Program-made: the position numbers and the translations under genes
Shown: positions 27,391 through 37,378 of the stretch, in pieces
How positions within the stretch are numbered: the first letter of the stretch is position 1
Layout: every line of letters starts with the position of its first letter
Assembly: GCA_963783305.1 (NCBI GenBank)
Contig: CAWAMW010000013.1
Coordinates: 64,001-128,000 of the forward strand
Length of the DNA stretch: 64,000 nt
Direction: 5' to 3'
Source: an uncultured Gemmatimonadales bacterium
GTDB lineage: Bacteria > Gemmatimonadota > Gemmatimonadetes > Longimicrobiales > RSA9
The notes under the pieces: generated by a model
The model's database searches: none
Seen by the model: only the letters and a program-made list of their open reading frames with translations
What the model was told of the DNA's origin: nothing

Positions 27391-28011
27391 TCAGCGCGAT
27401 CCGGTCCCTGGCGCGTGAGGATCAGAGCTGAGGGGGGAGCGCATGTCGACCACGAGGTGGGCGCGCTCGGCGGTGGCGGCGAGCTGGTGCGCGACGATCC
27501 GGAGCAGCGTGCGAGCGCGGTCGTCGAACCGCTGTCGCTCAGCGAAGTAGAAGCTCAGGGCGCCGAACACCCGATTCTCGGCCGCGAGCGGGTGCGCGGT
27601 CATGGACACGAAACCGAGCTCGCGGGCCGGCTCCCACCAGTCTGTGAGGTCCGGGTCCCCGAACACGTCCTCCACCTCGACTGAAGCGCCTTCCAGGACC
27701 GCGCGGCCGGTGGGTCCGCGGCCTTCCCTGATCCGGAGCTCGCTCAGGAACCGCGCGGAAGCCTGCGGCCAGTTCTGAGCGCACGCGAGACGGAGGAGGC
27801 GCGGGTCATCCTGGTCGCGGAGGAAGACCGAGGCGAAGGATGCGCCCACGAGGGGGGTGACGCGGGCCAGCGCGAGGCGATAGACCTCGAGCGGCGTCCG
27901 ATCAGTCATGAGCGACCGGGCGATTTCGCGGGCGACCTCCGTCTCCAGCTCCCGTTCGTTCGCCGCGTCCTCGTCCGGGCCGGGCGGGAGCGGGTTCGTT
28001 GTTGGGTTCAA
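27391..28011 (-). CDS. Stand-alone GAF domain protein
   Basis: GRGPTGRAV..VEDV..DP, SMTAHPL..FGAL..F, LLRIVAHQLA. Confidence 0.8.
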   Translation of the reverse strand: MNPTTNPLPPGPDEDAANERELETEVAREIARSLMTDRTPLEVYRLALARVTPLVGASFASVFLRDQDDPRLLRLACAQNWPQASARFLSELRIREGRGPTGRAVLEGASVEVEDVFGDPDLTDWWEPARELGFVSMTAHPLAAENRVFGALSFYFAERQRFDDRARTLLRIVAHQLAATAERAHLVVDMRSPLSSDPHAPGTGSR

Positions 28012-28026
28012 GGGCTAGCCGTTTCC

Positions 28027-28055
28027 TTGACGCATTCCGGGGGGCATCCTACTCT
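28027..28055 (+). promoter_or_regulatory. Sigma-70 promoter of the HU gene
   Basis: TTGACG-N17-TACTCT. Confidence 0.6.
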
Positions 28056-28160
28056 ATCCGGGCCTTCTGGCCAGAACCGTTGCCGGAGAACGTGAGGTCC
28101 CACGGCCCTCGCTGCAAGAGCATGAGTCCGCAACCGATCACCTCTTTCGAGGAGTAGCCG

Positions 28161-28448
28161 ATGAACAAGTCCGAGCTGGTGCAGGCGCTGGCGAACGAGA
28201 CCGACATGACGAAAGCGGAGGCCCAGCGCACCGTCGACGCCCTCTTCAACACGAAGGAGGGCATACTGGCCAGCGCGCTGAAGAAGGGCGAGCGGGTCCA
28301 GATCACCGGGTTCGGCACGTTCGAGACGCGCAAGCGAAAGGCGCGCACCGGCCGCAACCCTCGCACGGGCGAGGAGATCAAGATCGGGGCGACCACCAGC
28401 CCCACGTTCCGTCCGGGGAAGGCGTTGAAGGACGCGGTGAAGAAGTAG
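28161..28448 (+). CDS. hup: HU family DNA-binding protein
   Basis: MNKSELV..GFGTF..ARTGRNPRTGEEIKI..P.FRPGKALKDAV. Confidence 0.97.
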   Translation: MNKSELVQALANETDMTKAEAQRTVDALFNTKEGILASALKKGERVQITGFGTFETRKRKARTGRNPRTGEEIKIGATTSPTFRPGKALKDAVKK

Positions 28449-28473
28449 GACGGCGTCCTCTACGATCGGCTCT

Positions 28474-28518
28474 GCGGTAAGGGCCCCGGGGATCCTGGAT
28501 CCCCGGGGCCCTTACCGC
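28474..28518. repeat. Perfect 22-bp inverted repeat (1-nt spacer) between convergent genes
   Basis: GCGGTAAGGGCCCCGGGGATCC-T-GGATCCCCGGGGCCCTTACCGC. Confidence 0.9.
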
Positions 28519-28540
28519 GTTCGGGCGCGTCGCGCGTCCG

Positions 28541-30370
28541 TCAGCCGCGACGCGGCGGACGGTCCCCCGTCCCGCCACGACTCGAGCCACCACGACTCGA
28601 GCCACCGCGGCCCGGACCACCGCGGCCCGGACCACCCCGCGAGGGGCCACCGCGGCCGCCTCCCGCGCCACCGCTCGGGCTCCGGCCGGACCCGCCACGG
28701 CTCGGTCCCCGGCTGCCGCCGCGGGCGGAGCCGCCCGATCCGCCGCGCGCGCCGCCGCCGGGGCCGCCACGATCACCGCGATCGCCTGGCGACTTCCGGG
28801 GTGCTCGCTCCTTGCGGTCGTAGTCGACCCGCAGGCTTCTGCCCTTGATCGTGCGGCCGTTCAGCGCCTGGATCACCTGGGCGGCCATGGGGCTGGCCAC
28901 CTCCACGGTGGAGTGGGACTCTCGGATGTCGATCTTCCCCACCTGGTCGCCAGCGATGCCGGCCTCGCCGGTCATGGCGCCCACCAGGTCCCCGGGGGTG
29001 ATGTCGTCGCGGCTCCCGATGCTCACGAAGAGATGCGTCCACGTGGTGGCCGTGGCGGGCGGTGGTGCCCCCGCGCCGGGTCGTGCGCCGACGCCCGTCG
29101 CCCCGCCCGACCGGGGAGCCGCCCCCTGACCCGCGGGTGTCGAGCCCCCCTGGTGCTGCCGGCCCTGGTGCGTCGAGCGTGCGAGCTGGAGCGCAGCGGC
29201 GGCGATCTCCGCGGCGGGGAACTCGTCGAGGAGCGGCTCGATCAGGGCGAGATCCGCGGAGAGGTCGCCCGCCTCCAGGATGCGTCGGACCTGGCCGCGG
29301 ACTGTCTCGGCGGGGTTCTCCAGCGCGGCCGGCGGATCGGCCCGGGGCTCGAGGGTGACTCCCGCCCGGCGGGCGATCCTGAGGAGGTGGGCTCGCTCCC
29401 GTGGGGTGGCGAGGATGGTCCCACCCCGGCCGTGCAGCTCGACGAGTGCATCCGCGTCGAACGGTACGTCGGCCGAGATGACCGTGGCGCGCGTGGTGCG
29501 CTGGTCCGCCTCCGTGAGCGGGAGCACCAGGATCCGGACGCTGGAGCCCTCGCCCTGCGTAGTGATGCCGCGGGCGGTGAGCGCCTGATCGAGTACCGCG
29601 GCGCGATCATGGCTCCTGCAGACAACCGCCACCTCACCGGCCTCGGCCTCCGCGATGAGCGATACGACGGCGCCGGCCTTCGCGTGCTCCGGGACGATCC
29701 GGTAGCGCACGGTGGCGCTGACCTCGGGCTGGTCGCCGCCGCTGGAGCGAGGCGGGATGGTCATGGCCTTTCGAGCGTGCCGCTCGACGAACCCGTCAAT
29801 GCGGGAGCCGAGGGAGCCGGCGACGATGATTCGCTGTGCGCTCCCGGGGACGATGTCGACGATCGTCTCGAGGTCATCCCACTGACCGGTGGCTTCGATG
29901 AGGTCCGCGCCATCGACCACCAGCGAGAGGATTCCGTCGACCTTGAGAGCGGACTCTCGTACCGCTGTGGCGGCGGCGGTGGGGGAGAGGACCAGCAGAT
30001 CGACCGGGCGCTGGCTCCAGCCGGCGCCATGAGCGCGGACCGTAATGCCGGCGGGAGCGGCCATGCGGGCGAGGGAGTCGGCGGTGCGTGAAGCCGCGTC
30101 GGCGTCCGGTACCAGGACCAGCGCACGTGGCCCGGGCGAATCCTGCCCGGCGCCTTCCTCCACGTCCGCCCGCGTCAGCTGGTCGAGGACCCCGAGGCCG
30201 TATGCCCCCACCGCGCCGCTGCCCGCGGAGGCATGGAGCACCACGTTGTTTCCGCGCCTGATCACCGGCAGCGCGTCCCGCTGCAGGCCGGCCGGTGTGT
30301 CCCAGCCCAGCGATTCCACGCCGGCCGAGAGCTCCGGCGATATTCCCAGATCCTCGAATCGATCCGTCAT
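28541..30370 (-). CDS. Degenerate DEAD-box helicase-like protein with DbpA RNA-binding domain and RGG tail
   Basis: Q-motif region FEDLGI..PAGLQ; Walker A replaced (AGSGAV); DGAD; C-terminal LFVSIGSRDDITPGDLVGAM..VGKIDI; RGG repeats. Confidence 0.85.
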   Translation of the reverse strand: MTDRFEDLGISPELSAGVESLGWDTPAGLQRDALPVIRRGNNVVLHASAGSGAVGAYGLGVLDQLTRADVEEGAGQDSPGPRALVLVPDADAASRTADSLARMAAPAGITVRAHGAGWSQRPVDLLVLSPTAAATAVRESALKVDGILSLVVDGADLIEATGQWDDLETIVDIVPGSAQRIIVAGSLGSRIDGFVERHARKAMTIPPRSSGGDQPEVSATVRYRIVPEHAKAGAVVSLIAEAEAGEVAVVCRSHDRAAVLDQALTARGITTQGEGSSVRILVLPLTEADQRTTRATVISADVPFDADALVELHGRGGTILATPRERAHLLRIARRAGVTLEPRADPPAALENPAETVRGQVRRILEAGDLSADLALIEPLLDEFPAAEIAAAALQLARSTHQGRQHQGGSTPAGQGAAPRSGGATGVGARPGAGAPPPATATTWTHLFVSIGSRDDITPGDLVGAMTGEAGIAGDQVGKIDIRESHSTVEVASPMAAQVIQALNGRTIKGRSLRVDYDRKERAPRKSPGDRGDRGGPGGGARGGSGGSARGGSRGPSRGGSGRSPSGGAGGGRGGPSRGGPGRGGPGRGGSSRGGSSRGGTGDRPPRRG

Positions 30371-30519
30371 TCCCTCACCCGTGTTGTCAAATGCGTTCGT
30401 CCGGCCCGTGCCGGCGCGCGATCAATATAGTGGATTTCCCCCAGGGTTGCCGGCCGCGACGACGGCCGCCATCCTGAAGATGATCTTCTCTTGTCCCGTG
30501 CGGAGTCGGGGCTGTGCAG

Positions 30520-30545
30520 GGAACCTCCGTGTCCCGGCGGCGTAT
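30520..30545 (+). promoter_or_regulatory. Putative ECF-type promoter
   Basis: GGAAC-N16-CGTAT, about 40 nt upstream of the 30584 start. Confidence 0.5.
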
Positions 30546-30583
30546 CGTGATGCGTCGCAACACGTTGTATCATCCCCATAAAA

Positions 30584-31135
30584 GTGAGGACCTCGGTGTC
30601 GATCGCATCTCGACTGTTCATTCCCTTCGTGGCCATCATGGCGGCCGCCCCTGGTCTCGCGGCGCAGCAGCAGGACCCGATTCCCGCGGGGCTCTACCAG
30701 TTCGTCCCCGACCAGAGTGACGAGATCGAGGGCCGCATCAAACAGGCCGCGTCTCACATGAACTTCCTGATCCGGGGGATCGCGGAGCGGCGGCTGCGGA
30801 ACGCCAACAAGCCGATTGACCGTATCGACCTGCGGTACCAGGGCGACACGGTGTGGATCTCGCTGCGCGCGGACGAGCCGTGGGTCGCCACTCTGCGGAA
30901 CGGCGAGTTCGGTCCCTATACGAGGGCCGATGGTGAGGTGGTTCAGGTCAAGACGCAGCTGAAGCCGGGGGTGATCGACCAGTACTTCCGCTCCGACGAT
31001 GGCGAGAAGCAGATGATCTATACGCTGCGCAATGACGGCCGCATGGCCGTGGAGTCGATCGTCTACAGCGACAAGCTGAAGGAGCCGTTCCGCTACACGT
31101 GGGTCTACCGTCCGGTGGAGCGCCCGGCGCAGTAG
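30584..31135 (+). CDS. Exported hypothetical protein
   Basis: Signal peptide ending GLAA-Q; 183 aa. Confidence 0.7.
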   Translation: MRTSVSIASRLFIPFVAIMAAAPGLAAQQQDPIPAGLYQFVPDQSDEIEGRIKQAASHMNFLIRGIAERRLRNANKPIDRIDLRYQGDTVWISLRADEPWVATLRNGEFGPYTRADGEVVQVKTQLKPGVIDQYFRSDDGEKQMIYTLRNDGRMAVESIVYSDKLKEPFRYTWVYRPVERPAQ

Positions 31136-31220
31136 TCTCAGTAGTCTCCTGCAAGCGCCGCGGCGCCTGCGGCTGTCGAAGTGGACTTAGCGAGCCAGCC
31201 GGCGTGATCGGCTGGCTCGC

Positions 31221-33371
31221 TCAGTTCATCCGCACCTGGAGGCGGAGCGTGCGCCCCGGCTGGGGCAGTCCGCACTGGTCGTACGCACCGGAGTCGGTGA
31301 CGTTGTCGATGGCGAGCTCCACCCCCACCCGCTCCAGGCTCGCTCGGCTCCGCCCGAGGCGGAATGTGCGGGCGACCTGGACATCGGCGCGGGTGCTCGG
31401 ATCGAGCTGCCTGAACTCCTCCTGCCCCGCGGACGGCGTGGCGCAGAACTGCTTGCCCATGTACTGGACCTCCGCGGCCGCATGGATCCCGGCCGGGAGC
31501 GGCAGCGTGGCGCCCATCCCCCCGGCCACCTCCGGTTCGTACTCGGCGCGCACCCCTGCTTTCCCCGGCTGCACCACTTCCACCGACTGGAGCGTGAGCT
31601 CCGTCTCGAGAGTGGCCCTGCCCATGGTGTAGCCCGCGATCACCTCGAGGCCGGTGCTCCGGACCTGGTCCCGGTTCACGCGCATATACCGTGCGCTGGA
31701 GCCGGTGGGCGCCGCGCCCCTGGCGATGGCGTCGTCGATCCTCTGGTGGTATCCCACCACCTGCAGATCGTAGCCGTCGAAGCGACCCGTGAATCCGCCC
31801 TCGACTGCCGATAGGATCTCGGGGCGCAGCGCGGGGTTCGGCTCGAAGCGGCCGAGCGCCGACGAGTACATCTCCCGGAGTGCCGGAAACCGGCCCCGTC
31901 GGCTGAGGGCCGCGTGGAAGAGCAGCCCCTGGGAGGCCGACGCGCTCGCCCCCAGGCGACCTCCCCATTCGGTCATTGTGGGGCCGGCGCCCGAGACATC
32001 GGGTCCCGCGTCCGGTGTGGCGGCCCCGTCCCACACCACGCCACCGCTTATGCGGCCGCCCACCAGCGGACCGAAATCGATGGGAAGAGGCAGGTCGACC
32101 TCGGAACCCAGGCTCCAGAGCCGCTGCCGGTAGGCACCGGGGATCGCCTCGGGGGCATCTCCGGTCAGCCCGACGGTGATGACCTCGTCATGACGGATGT
32201 CCGCGAAGGTCGCCGCGGCGGCCACCGTGACGTCTCCCACCACCTGCCTGCCGCGCGTCCGCAGTGTGACCGTCCGATCCTCCGAGCTCTCGGTCTCCTG
32301 GAGGGTGCGGAAGAACGCGGCGGGTGCGAGAGCGGGGTCGTCCGGCGTCGGCGGGAGGGCGAAGTCCTGGATCTCGGTCGAGCCGCGATCGATCCCCAGA
32401 TTGAGGTCGAGCTGGGCGGTCCCGAACGCGTTCTCGAGGTCTTCCACGCCCGCCGCGACGACGGCGATCATTCTGGATATGTCCGGGTAGCGCCACAGTC
32501 GCGGCCCATCGCTGTCCAGCTCCGGCGGTACTCCTCTGGTCGCGTCGTAGCCGGAGACCGTCGCGGAGATCCAGCCGCCGCCCCGGGGAGCAAAGCGTGC
32601 GTTGAGGAAGCCGTCGGTGTGGGTGAGATCGCTGTTCACGCGGAGGTCCCCACTGCCGAGGGCGGGGTACAGCGCATCCGGATCCGCGGATGCGACCAGC
32701 CCATCGTGCTGGCGGTGGCCGATTCCCCCGCGGACCACGAGCTCGCCCGGCTCCCTGTCCAGCCGGGTGGCGCTCAAGACGCCGACCGAGTAGCCGCCGG
32801 TCTGATCGATACCGAAGGCGCCCTGGAGCGGCTCCACCTTCACCAGCGGCTCCGAGCCCATGGCGATCTCCACCACGCCACCCAGCACGTTCGGGCCGTA
32901 CAGTACGCTGGACATCCCGCGCACCAGCCGTACGCTCTGCGCGGCCGTCATGGGGATCACCGAGAGGTCGGTGCGGTGGTCCCAGCCGAGGGTGAGTGGG
33001 ACGCCGTCGAGAAGGATGGCGATCTGGCGCTCTTCCGCTCCCCGGAGCGCCAGCTGGGCCTCACCCCGGCTGTTCGTGCGGACCTGGACCAGCGGGAGCT
33101 CCCTGAGCACGTGCTCCAGAAGCGGCGCGGGCCGGAGACGGACGGAGTCCATGCGCACCGTGATCGCGCTCACGCCGCCACTGGTGGCCGTGGGACGGAC
33201 GGCGCGGACCGAGAGCGGCTCGATTTCGTACACCGTGTCCCGGCGGAGCGTGTCGGGGGCCTGTGCGTGGAGATGGTGCGGAGCAGAGACGAGCACGAGA
33301 GCCAGGCCCAGGGCGACCGCGAGGGCGGTGGCGAGAGCGCGAGCGGTGCTGATCTGAAAGGTATCGGTCAT
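31221..33371 (-). CDS. TonB-dependent outer-membrane receptor
   Basis: Signal peptide; plug LRG..QIAILLDGVP..DLS.IP..VRGMSSVLYG.NVLGGVV; PNPALRPE; C-terminal PGRTLRL. Confidence 0.9.
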   Translation of the reverse strand: MTDTFQISTARALATALAVALGLALVLVSAPHHLHAQAPDTLRRDTVYEIEPLSVRAVRPTATSGGVSAITVRMDSVRLRPAPLLEHVLRELPLVQVRTNSRGEAQLALRGAEERQIAILLDGVPLTLGWDHRTDLSVIPMTAAQSVRLVRGMSSVLYGPNVLGGVVEIAMGSEPLVKVEPLQGAFGIDQTGGYSVGVLSATRLDREPGELVVRGGIGHRQHDGLVASADPDALYPALGSGDLRVNSDLTHTDGFLNARFAPRGGGWISATVSGYDATRGVPPELDSDGPRLWRYPDISRMIAVVAAGVEDLENAFGTAQLDLNLGIDRGSTEIQDFALPPTPDDPALAPAAFFRTLQETESSEDRTVTLRTRGRQVVGDVTVAAAATFADIRHDEVITVGLTGDAPEAIPGAYRQRLWSLGSEVDLPLPIDFGPLVGGRISGGVVWDGAATPDAGPDVSGAGPTMTEWGGRLGASASASQGLLFHAALSRRGRFPALREMYSSALGRFEPNPALRPEILSAVEGGFTGRFDGYDLQVVGYHQRIDDAIARGAAPTGSSARYMRVNRDQVRSTGLEVIAGYTMGRATLETELTLQSVEVVQPGKAGVRAEYEPEVAGGMGATLPLPAGIHAAAEVQYMGKQFCATPSAGQEEFRQLDPSTRADVQVARTFRLGRSRASLERVGVELAIDNVTDSGAYDQCGLPQPGRTLRLQVRMN

Positions 33372-33462
33372 TGGCGGATCTTGAGTTCGTCGTCGGGCGG
33401 AACTCTGACGATACCATGGCTCGCTGTCAAATGGTCCGGAACCGGTCGGTGCCGCGCCCCCC

Positions 33463-36396
33463 TCAGAAGATATTCTTCGCCTCGAGGAGGCGAACAAGGG
33501 GGCGGTAGAGGACCTTGTTTACGCGGTACTCGCCCTGACTGGAGGGGAAGATGAGGTGCGCATCGACGAGGGCGGCGAGCTGGAGCCGGCTCTCGGCGTG
33601 GTCGAGCTGGAAGATCCGGCGGTGCTCCTCTTCCGAGAGGCCGCCGTGGAGGATGATCCCGGCTATGGTGTGGATGGACGCGAGGGGTAGCCGCTCGAGG
33701 AAGTCCAGGGCGATGACCTCGGGGGTGCGGAGCACCAGGACGTGGTCTTCGACCCGATCGACGGAGCGGAGCCAGTGGAAGAGACCCAGAAAGATGTTTC
33801 CGTCGGCGATCTGGTTTAGTTGGCGGAAGAAGGTCTTCCGCTCGAGTTCGCGGCGAGTGAGCTCGCCCTGGGGCTCGTTCCTGCGGAGGCGCTTCCACCA
33901 CGTCGGCGCCGCCAGCCCGTCTTCTTCCAACTCGAAGCGCAGCCCGAAGCCGCTGACGTCGTGGCGGGACATGATGGCGCGCTCGAGCCGAGCGGCCGAG
34001 AGGTTGGTGGTCTTGATGGTATGGGTGAAGTGGAGGGCGATGCCCTGCACATGGTCGAGGTAGCGCCATGCGTGCTCATCGCTGGTGACCACCCAGAGGA
34101 CGTCTTCGCGCGTGGCCGCCATCAAGTTTAGGAAGGCCTCGACGGCGGCGAACCCGCCGAGCGCCCGAAGGAACATGGTCTGGGCGTCCTCGACCACGAT
34201 GACCGTGCGGCCAAGCTTCTGGATCGACGCGGTCAGCTCCCCCCACGACTGGCCGGGCACATCGAGCCCAGCCGCGATTCGCCCGGCCAGGTCATGGGAG
34301 CTCCGGCCGGTGCTCGCCAGAGGAACGGTCCGGACTGTCACGTCGCCGAGGAGCTGGCGAGAGGCCATGCGCAGGAGGGTGGTCTTCCCACTTCCCTTCT
34401 CGCCCACGACGGCCACGCTCGCCGACTGTCCCCGACCCCACCGGTCGAGAGCCCGGCGGAGAGTATCGATCTCGTCGTCGCGGGCAACCAGGAGCTCTTC
34501 CCACGGGACCTCCCCTTCCACATCGAAGAGCTGTCGGTAGAGACCCGGGACACGGATCCGGTGTCGGTCCTCGCCCAGCAGCGACTCTTCCAGCGACTCC
34601 AGCATCTCCTCGCGCTCGACCGTACCGACGCCCAGCCGGCGCTGCGCCCACTCCTGCGTGCGCTCGAACGTCCGTCGACCTGCGGACCAGCCCCGCCGGG
34701 AAAGCGCGAGTCCGCTGCCCACGAGGCGTCGGGCCGCCGCGGCCCCGGTCGACAACCGTCGGACCGCCTCCTCCTCCGCGATGTCGGAACGGATACGGAG
34801 AAACTCCCGGTCGGCCACGGCCCGACGGACGTCGTTCGATTCGGCAGTGCTCCTGCGCTCCAGCTCCGGGATCGCGCGCTCGACGGGATCGAGGGCTTCC
34901 AGACGGAGGTCCGCGATCTGGGACGCCGAACGTTCCATGATCCCGACCACCAGCTCCGCGGCCTCCTCCGGGTTGAACGTGCCCTGGAGCGGCGCACGGA
35001 TGTGAAAATCGACCGCGTTCCGGACCCGCCCCAGCTCCTTCCGGAGCGCCTGGATCTCGTCGGCGGTGGCGGCCAGTGTCCGCTCGACCCAGCGGGGAAG
35101 GGCGCCCCGGCAACTGGCCGCGAGCAGCTCCGCCAGCGGAGCTTCGCGGAGATCCAGGCGGACGGGCTGCTCCGGCACCCGGAGGATGCGACGCTCCGAG
35201 ATCCGCAGGTCAGCGGGGACCGTCTCCGGGATCCGGTCCAGCGCGGCGACAAAGGCCGCGGCCACGTCCGCCAGCTCTTCCGCCAGACGATCGAGGTGCG
35301 GCAACTCCAGCTGGAACAGCTCCTCCGCCTCGGCTCGGAGCGCCTCCACGGCCTCGGGATCGGAAGACCGTCGAACGTCCTCCAGCTCCAACCGAGCCTC
35401 GGCCGCCCGGGCGAGCGCCGAGAGGCCGGCGGCCAGCCGGTCGAGCGGGTCCCGCGCGTGCTCGTCCAGCGCCGCCCCGAGCTCCAGGACGGCCCGGGCC
35501 GAAGCCGCCTCCAGAGCGGCGAGCGCGCCGGCCAGCGCGGCCTCCGACGTGGTGTTGGCGTGGAGGGCGGCCTCGAACGACTCCCACTCCGTGACCAGAC
35601 GTCCACGGCGCTCGGCTCCCCGCTCGACCATCCCCTCCGCCTGGTGCTCTCGGATGTGGACGGCAGGGGCGGCGAACGCCCGGGCCAGTCCATCCTCGAT
35701 ATCGGCGAGGGCTCCGTCGAGCTCGGCCTCTGCCGCCGCGAGGGTGGCGGTGATCGGGTCCGACGAGTCGGCGGTCAGGACGGGGTCTTCGGCCTGCCCC
35801 GGGGGGTCGACGCGCCGGTGGAACTCCGCCCGGATGGCCGCCAGCGCCACACTGTCCAGGCTGGCAGCGAGGCTGACCATCGGCTCGAGCCGGATTCCGA
35901 GCTGGGCCAGGTAGACCCGGACCAGCGCCCCGGCCGGGATCTCCCGCGGCTTCGAACTCCGGAGGGATCCGCCCAGGCGCTGCCCCAGGAGCGGCCGGAT
36001 GAACGCATCCGGCGCCGGACCACCCGTCGCCACAGGCTCGAGTGTGATCGTGTCCGGGACCTCCACCCGGGTGTCGGGGAGGCCGTCGACGATGGACAGC
36101 AGCCTGGCCCGCGCTCGATCGGCGGGGTCGAGCAGGTCGGGTCTGAAGCTGGCCGTGAAACGGTCGACGTACGCGAGCCGCTCCCGTGGCAAAAGTCCGG
36201 CGCGGGCGTCCGCCGCGCCTCCAGTGGGCTCGTCGCCTGTTTCCGTGCGTGGCCGTGGCCCGGGCTCCTCGGCGAGGGCGGCCATGTCCCGAAGTATGCT
36301 CCGCAGTGCGTCACCGTACTCCCCGAGCGCCTGGCGGAGCGGCTGGCGAGCGGCCTCTTCGAGAGCGGTGGAGAAGCGGGACTGGATGTCGCTCAC
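33463..36396 (-). CDS. Large P-loop ATPase with long helical N-terminal region
   Basis: GEKGSGKTT and IVVED; GTG 36396 overlaps the mscS stop (GTGA). Confidence 0.8.
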   Translation of the reverse strand: MSDIQSRFSTALEEAARQPLRQALGEYGDALRSILRDMAALAEEPGPRPRTETGDEPTGGAADARAGLLPRERLAYVDRFTASFRPDLLDPADRARARLLSIVDGLPDTRVEVPDTITLEPVATGGPAPDAFIRPLLGQRLGGSLRSSKPREIPAGALVRVYLAQLGIRLEPMVSLAASLDSVALAAIRAEFHRRVDPPGQAEDPVLTADSSDPITATLAAAEAELDGALADIEDGLARAFAAPAVHIREHQAEGMVERGAERRGRLVTEWESFEAALHANTTSEAALAGALAALEAASARAVLELGAALDEHARDPLDRLAAGLSALARAAEARLELEDVRRSSDPEAVEALRAEAEELFQLELPHLDRLAEELADVAAAFVAALDRIPETVPADLRISERRILRVPEQPVRLDLREAPLAELLAASCRGALPRWVERTLAATADEIQALRKELGRVRNAVDFHIRAPLQGTFNPEEAAELVVGIMERSASQIADLRLEALDPVERAIPELERRSTAESNDVRRAVADREFLRIRSDIAEEEAVRRLSTGAAAARRLVGSGLALSRRGWSAGRRTFERTQEWAQRRLGVGTVEREEMLESLEESLLGEDRHRIRVPGLYRQLFDVEGEVPWEELLVARDDEIDTLRRALDRWGRGQSASVAVVGEKGSGKTTLLRMASRQLLGDVTVRTVPLASTGRSSHDLAGRIAAGLDVPGQSWGELTASIQKLGRTVIVVEDAQTMFLRALGGFAAVEAFLNLMAATREDVLWVVTSDEHAWRYLDHVQGIALHFTHTIKTTNLSAARLERAIMSRHDVSGFGLRFELEEDGLAAPTWWKRLRRNEPQGELTRRELERKTFFRQLNQIADGNIFLGLFHWLRSVDRVEDHVLVLRTPEVIALDFLERLPLASIHTIAGIILHGGLSEEEHRRIFQLDHAESRLQLAALVDAHLIFPSSQGEYRVNKVLYRPLVRLLEAKNIF

Positions 36397-37316
36397 GCGG
36401 ACTCCGACGTGGCTGCAGGTCGGGTCCGGCGCATCCCGGCCATGTCGTCGTCGGAAATGAGGCCGGCGTCCATGAGCCCCCGCTTGGCCCGGGCGGAGAC
36501 ATCGGCGAGGAAGAGGGTCTCGAGCCGGTGGTCGTAGACGTATGCGCGGATGAAGACCCGTGTGAGGAACCGGTTCCCGGCGATCTCCTCCCGGGTCTCG
36601 ATGGTGACCGGCTTGGCGGCGTAGACGAACGGCGAAGTGATGGCCGCCTCCCGGGCAATGCGCCGGAGGGCGAGGGGATCGCTGAAGGACGGGACGGTGA
36701 GCTGCACCACGACCATGCAGTCGAGGGCACCGGAGTTGGCGTTCAGGACCGGCTGGCTCACCACCTCGGCGTTGGGGACGGCCACGAGAGTGTCGTCCCG
36801 GGTCCGGAGCAGGGTGGCGCGCAGCCCGATCCCCACCACCTCCCCATGGTGGTCCCCGATGTCGATGAGGTCGCCCACCTGGAACGGCCGGTCCAGGAGG
36901 ATGACCAGGCCGCCGAAGACATTCTTGAGCACGTCCTGAGCGGCGAAGCCCACGCCGACGCCAATGGTGGCCCAGAGCGCGATCAGCGATTCCCGGGACG
37001 GCTGGACGATTCCCGCGACGATGACGTAGATCGCCATGATCCACAGGGAGATCCGGGCAACGGCAACGAACTGGAGGAGGAGGGGGCGGTGTCGCGGGAG
37101 ACGAGTGGCCATTGCCTCCAGGACGAACTTGGCCAGCTTGATGACGTGGAACGTCACCACCAGCACCACGATCATCCAGAGGATATCGGACCCGGAGATC
37201 ACGGCCCCGATCTGCTCCGCGCGGTCACGCACCTCGTCGAGGGCGTCCGACACCTGCTGGAGCACAGCGAGAGCGGGAAGACCGGCGGCAGCGAAGATCG
37301 GGGGCATGACCATCAT
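36393..37316 (-). CDS. MscS family mechanosensitive channel
   Basis: GFAAQDVLKNVFGG..DRPFQVGDLI..GEVVGIGLRAT..VPN. Confidence 0.92.
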   Translation of the reverse strand: MMVMPPIFAAAGLPALAVLQQVSDALDEVRDRAEQIGAVISGSDILWMIVVLVVTFHVIKLAKFVLEAMATRLPRHRPLLLQFVAVARISLWIMAIYVIVAGIVQPSRESLIALWATIGVGVGFAAQDVLKNVFGGLVILLDRPFQVGDLIDIGDHHGEVVGIGLRATLLRTRDDTLVAVPNAEVVSQPVLNANSGALDCMVVVQLTVPSFSDPLALRRIAREAAITSPFVYAAKPVTIETREEIAGNRFLTRVFIRAYVYDHRLETLFLADVSARAKRGLMDAGLISDDDMAGMRRTRPAATSESA

Positions 37317-37378
37317 CTTGCAGTGCCACCCACCGCCGCGCCAGCTTCGCGCCCGTCCGGACCCCGATCACGCACTGC

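Noticed and set aside
28560..28780. GC-rich 15-nt tandem repeats as an independent repeat element
   Set aside because: They encode the RGG tail of the DEAD-box-like protein.
36397..37044. N-terminal 215 aa of the 1193-aa ORF 33463..37044
   Set aside because: It overlaps mscS in another frame and reads as shadow sequence; the GTG at 36396 coupled to the mscS stop is the likelier start.
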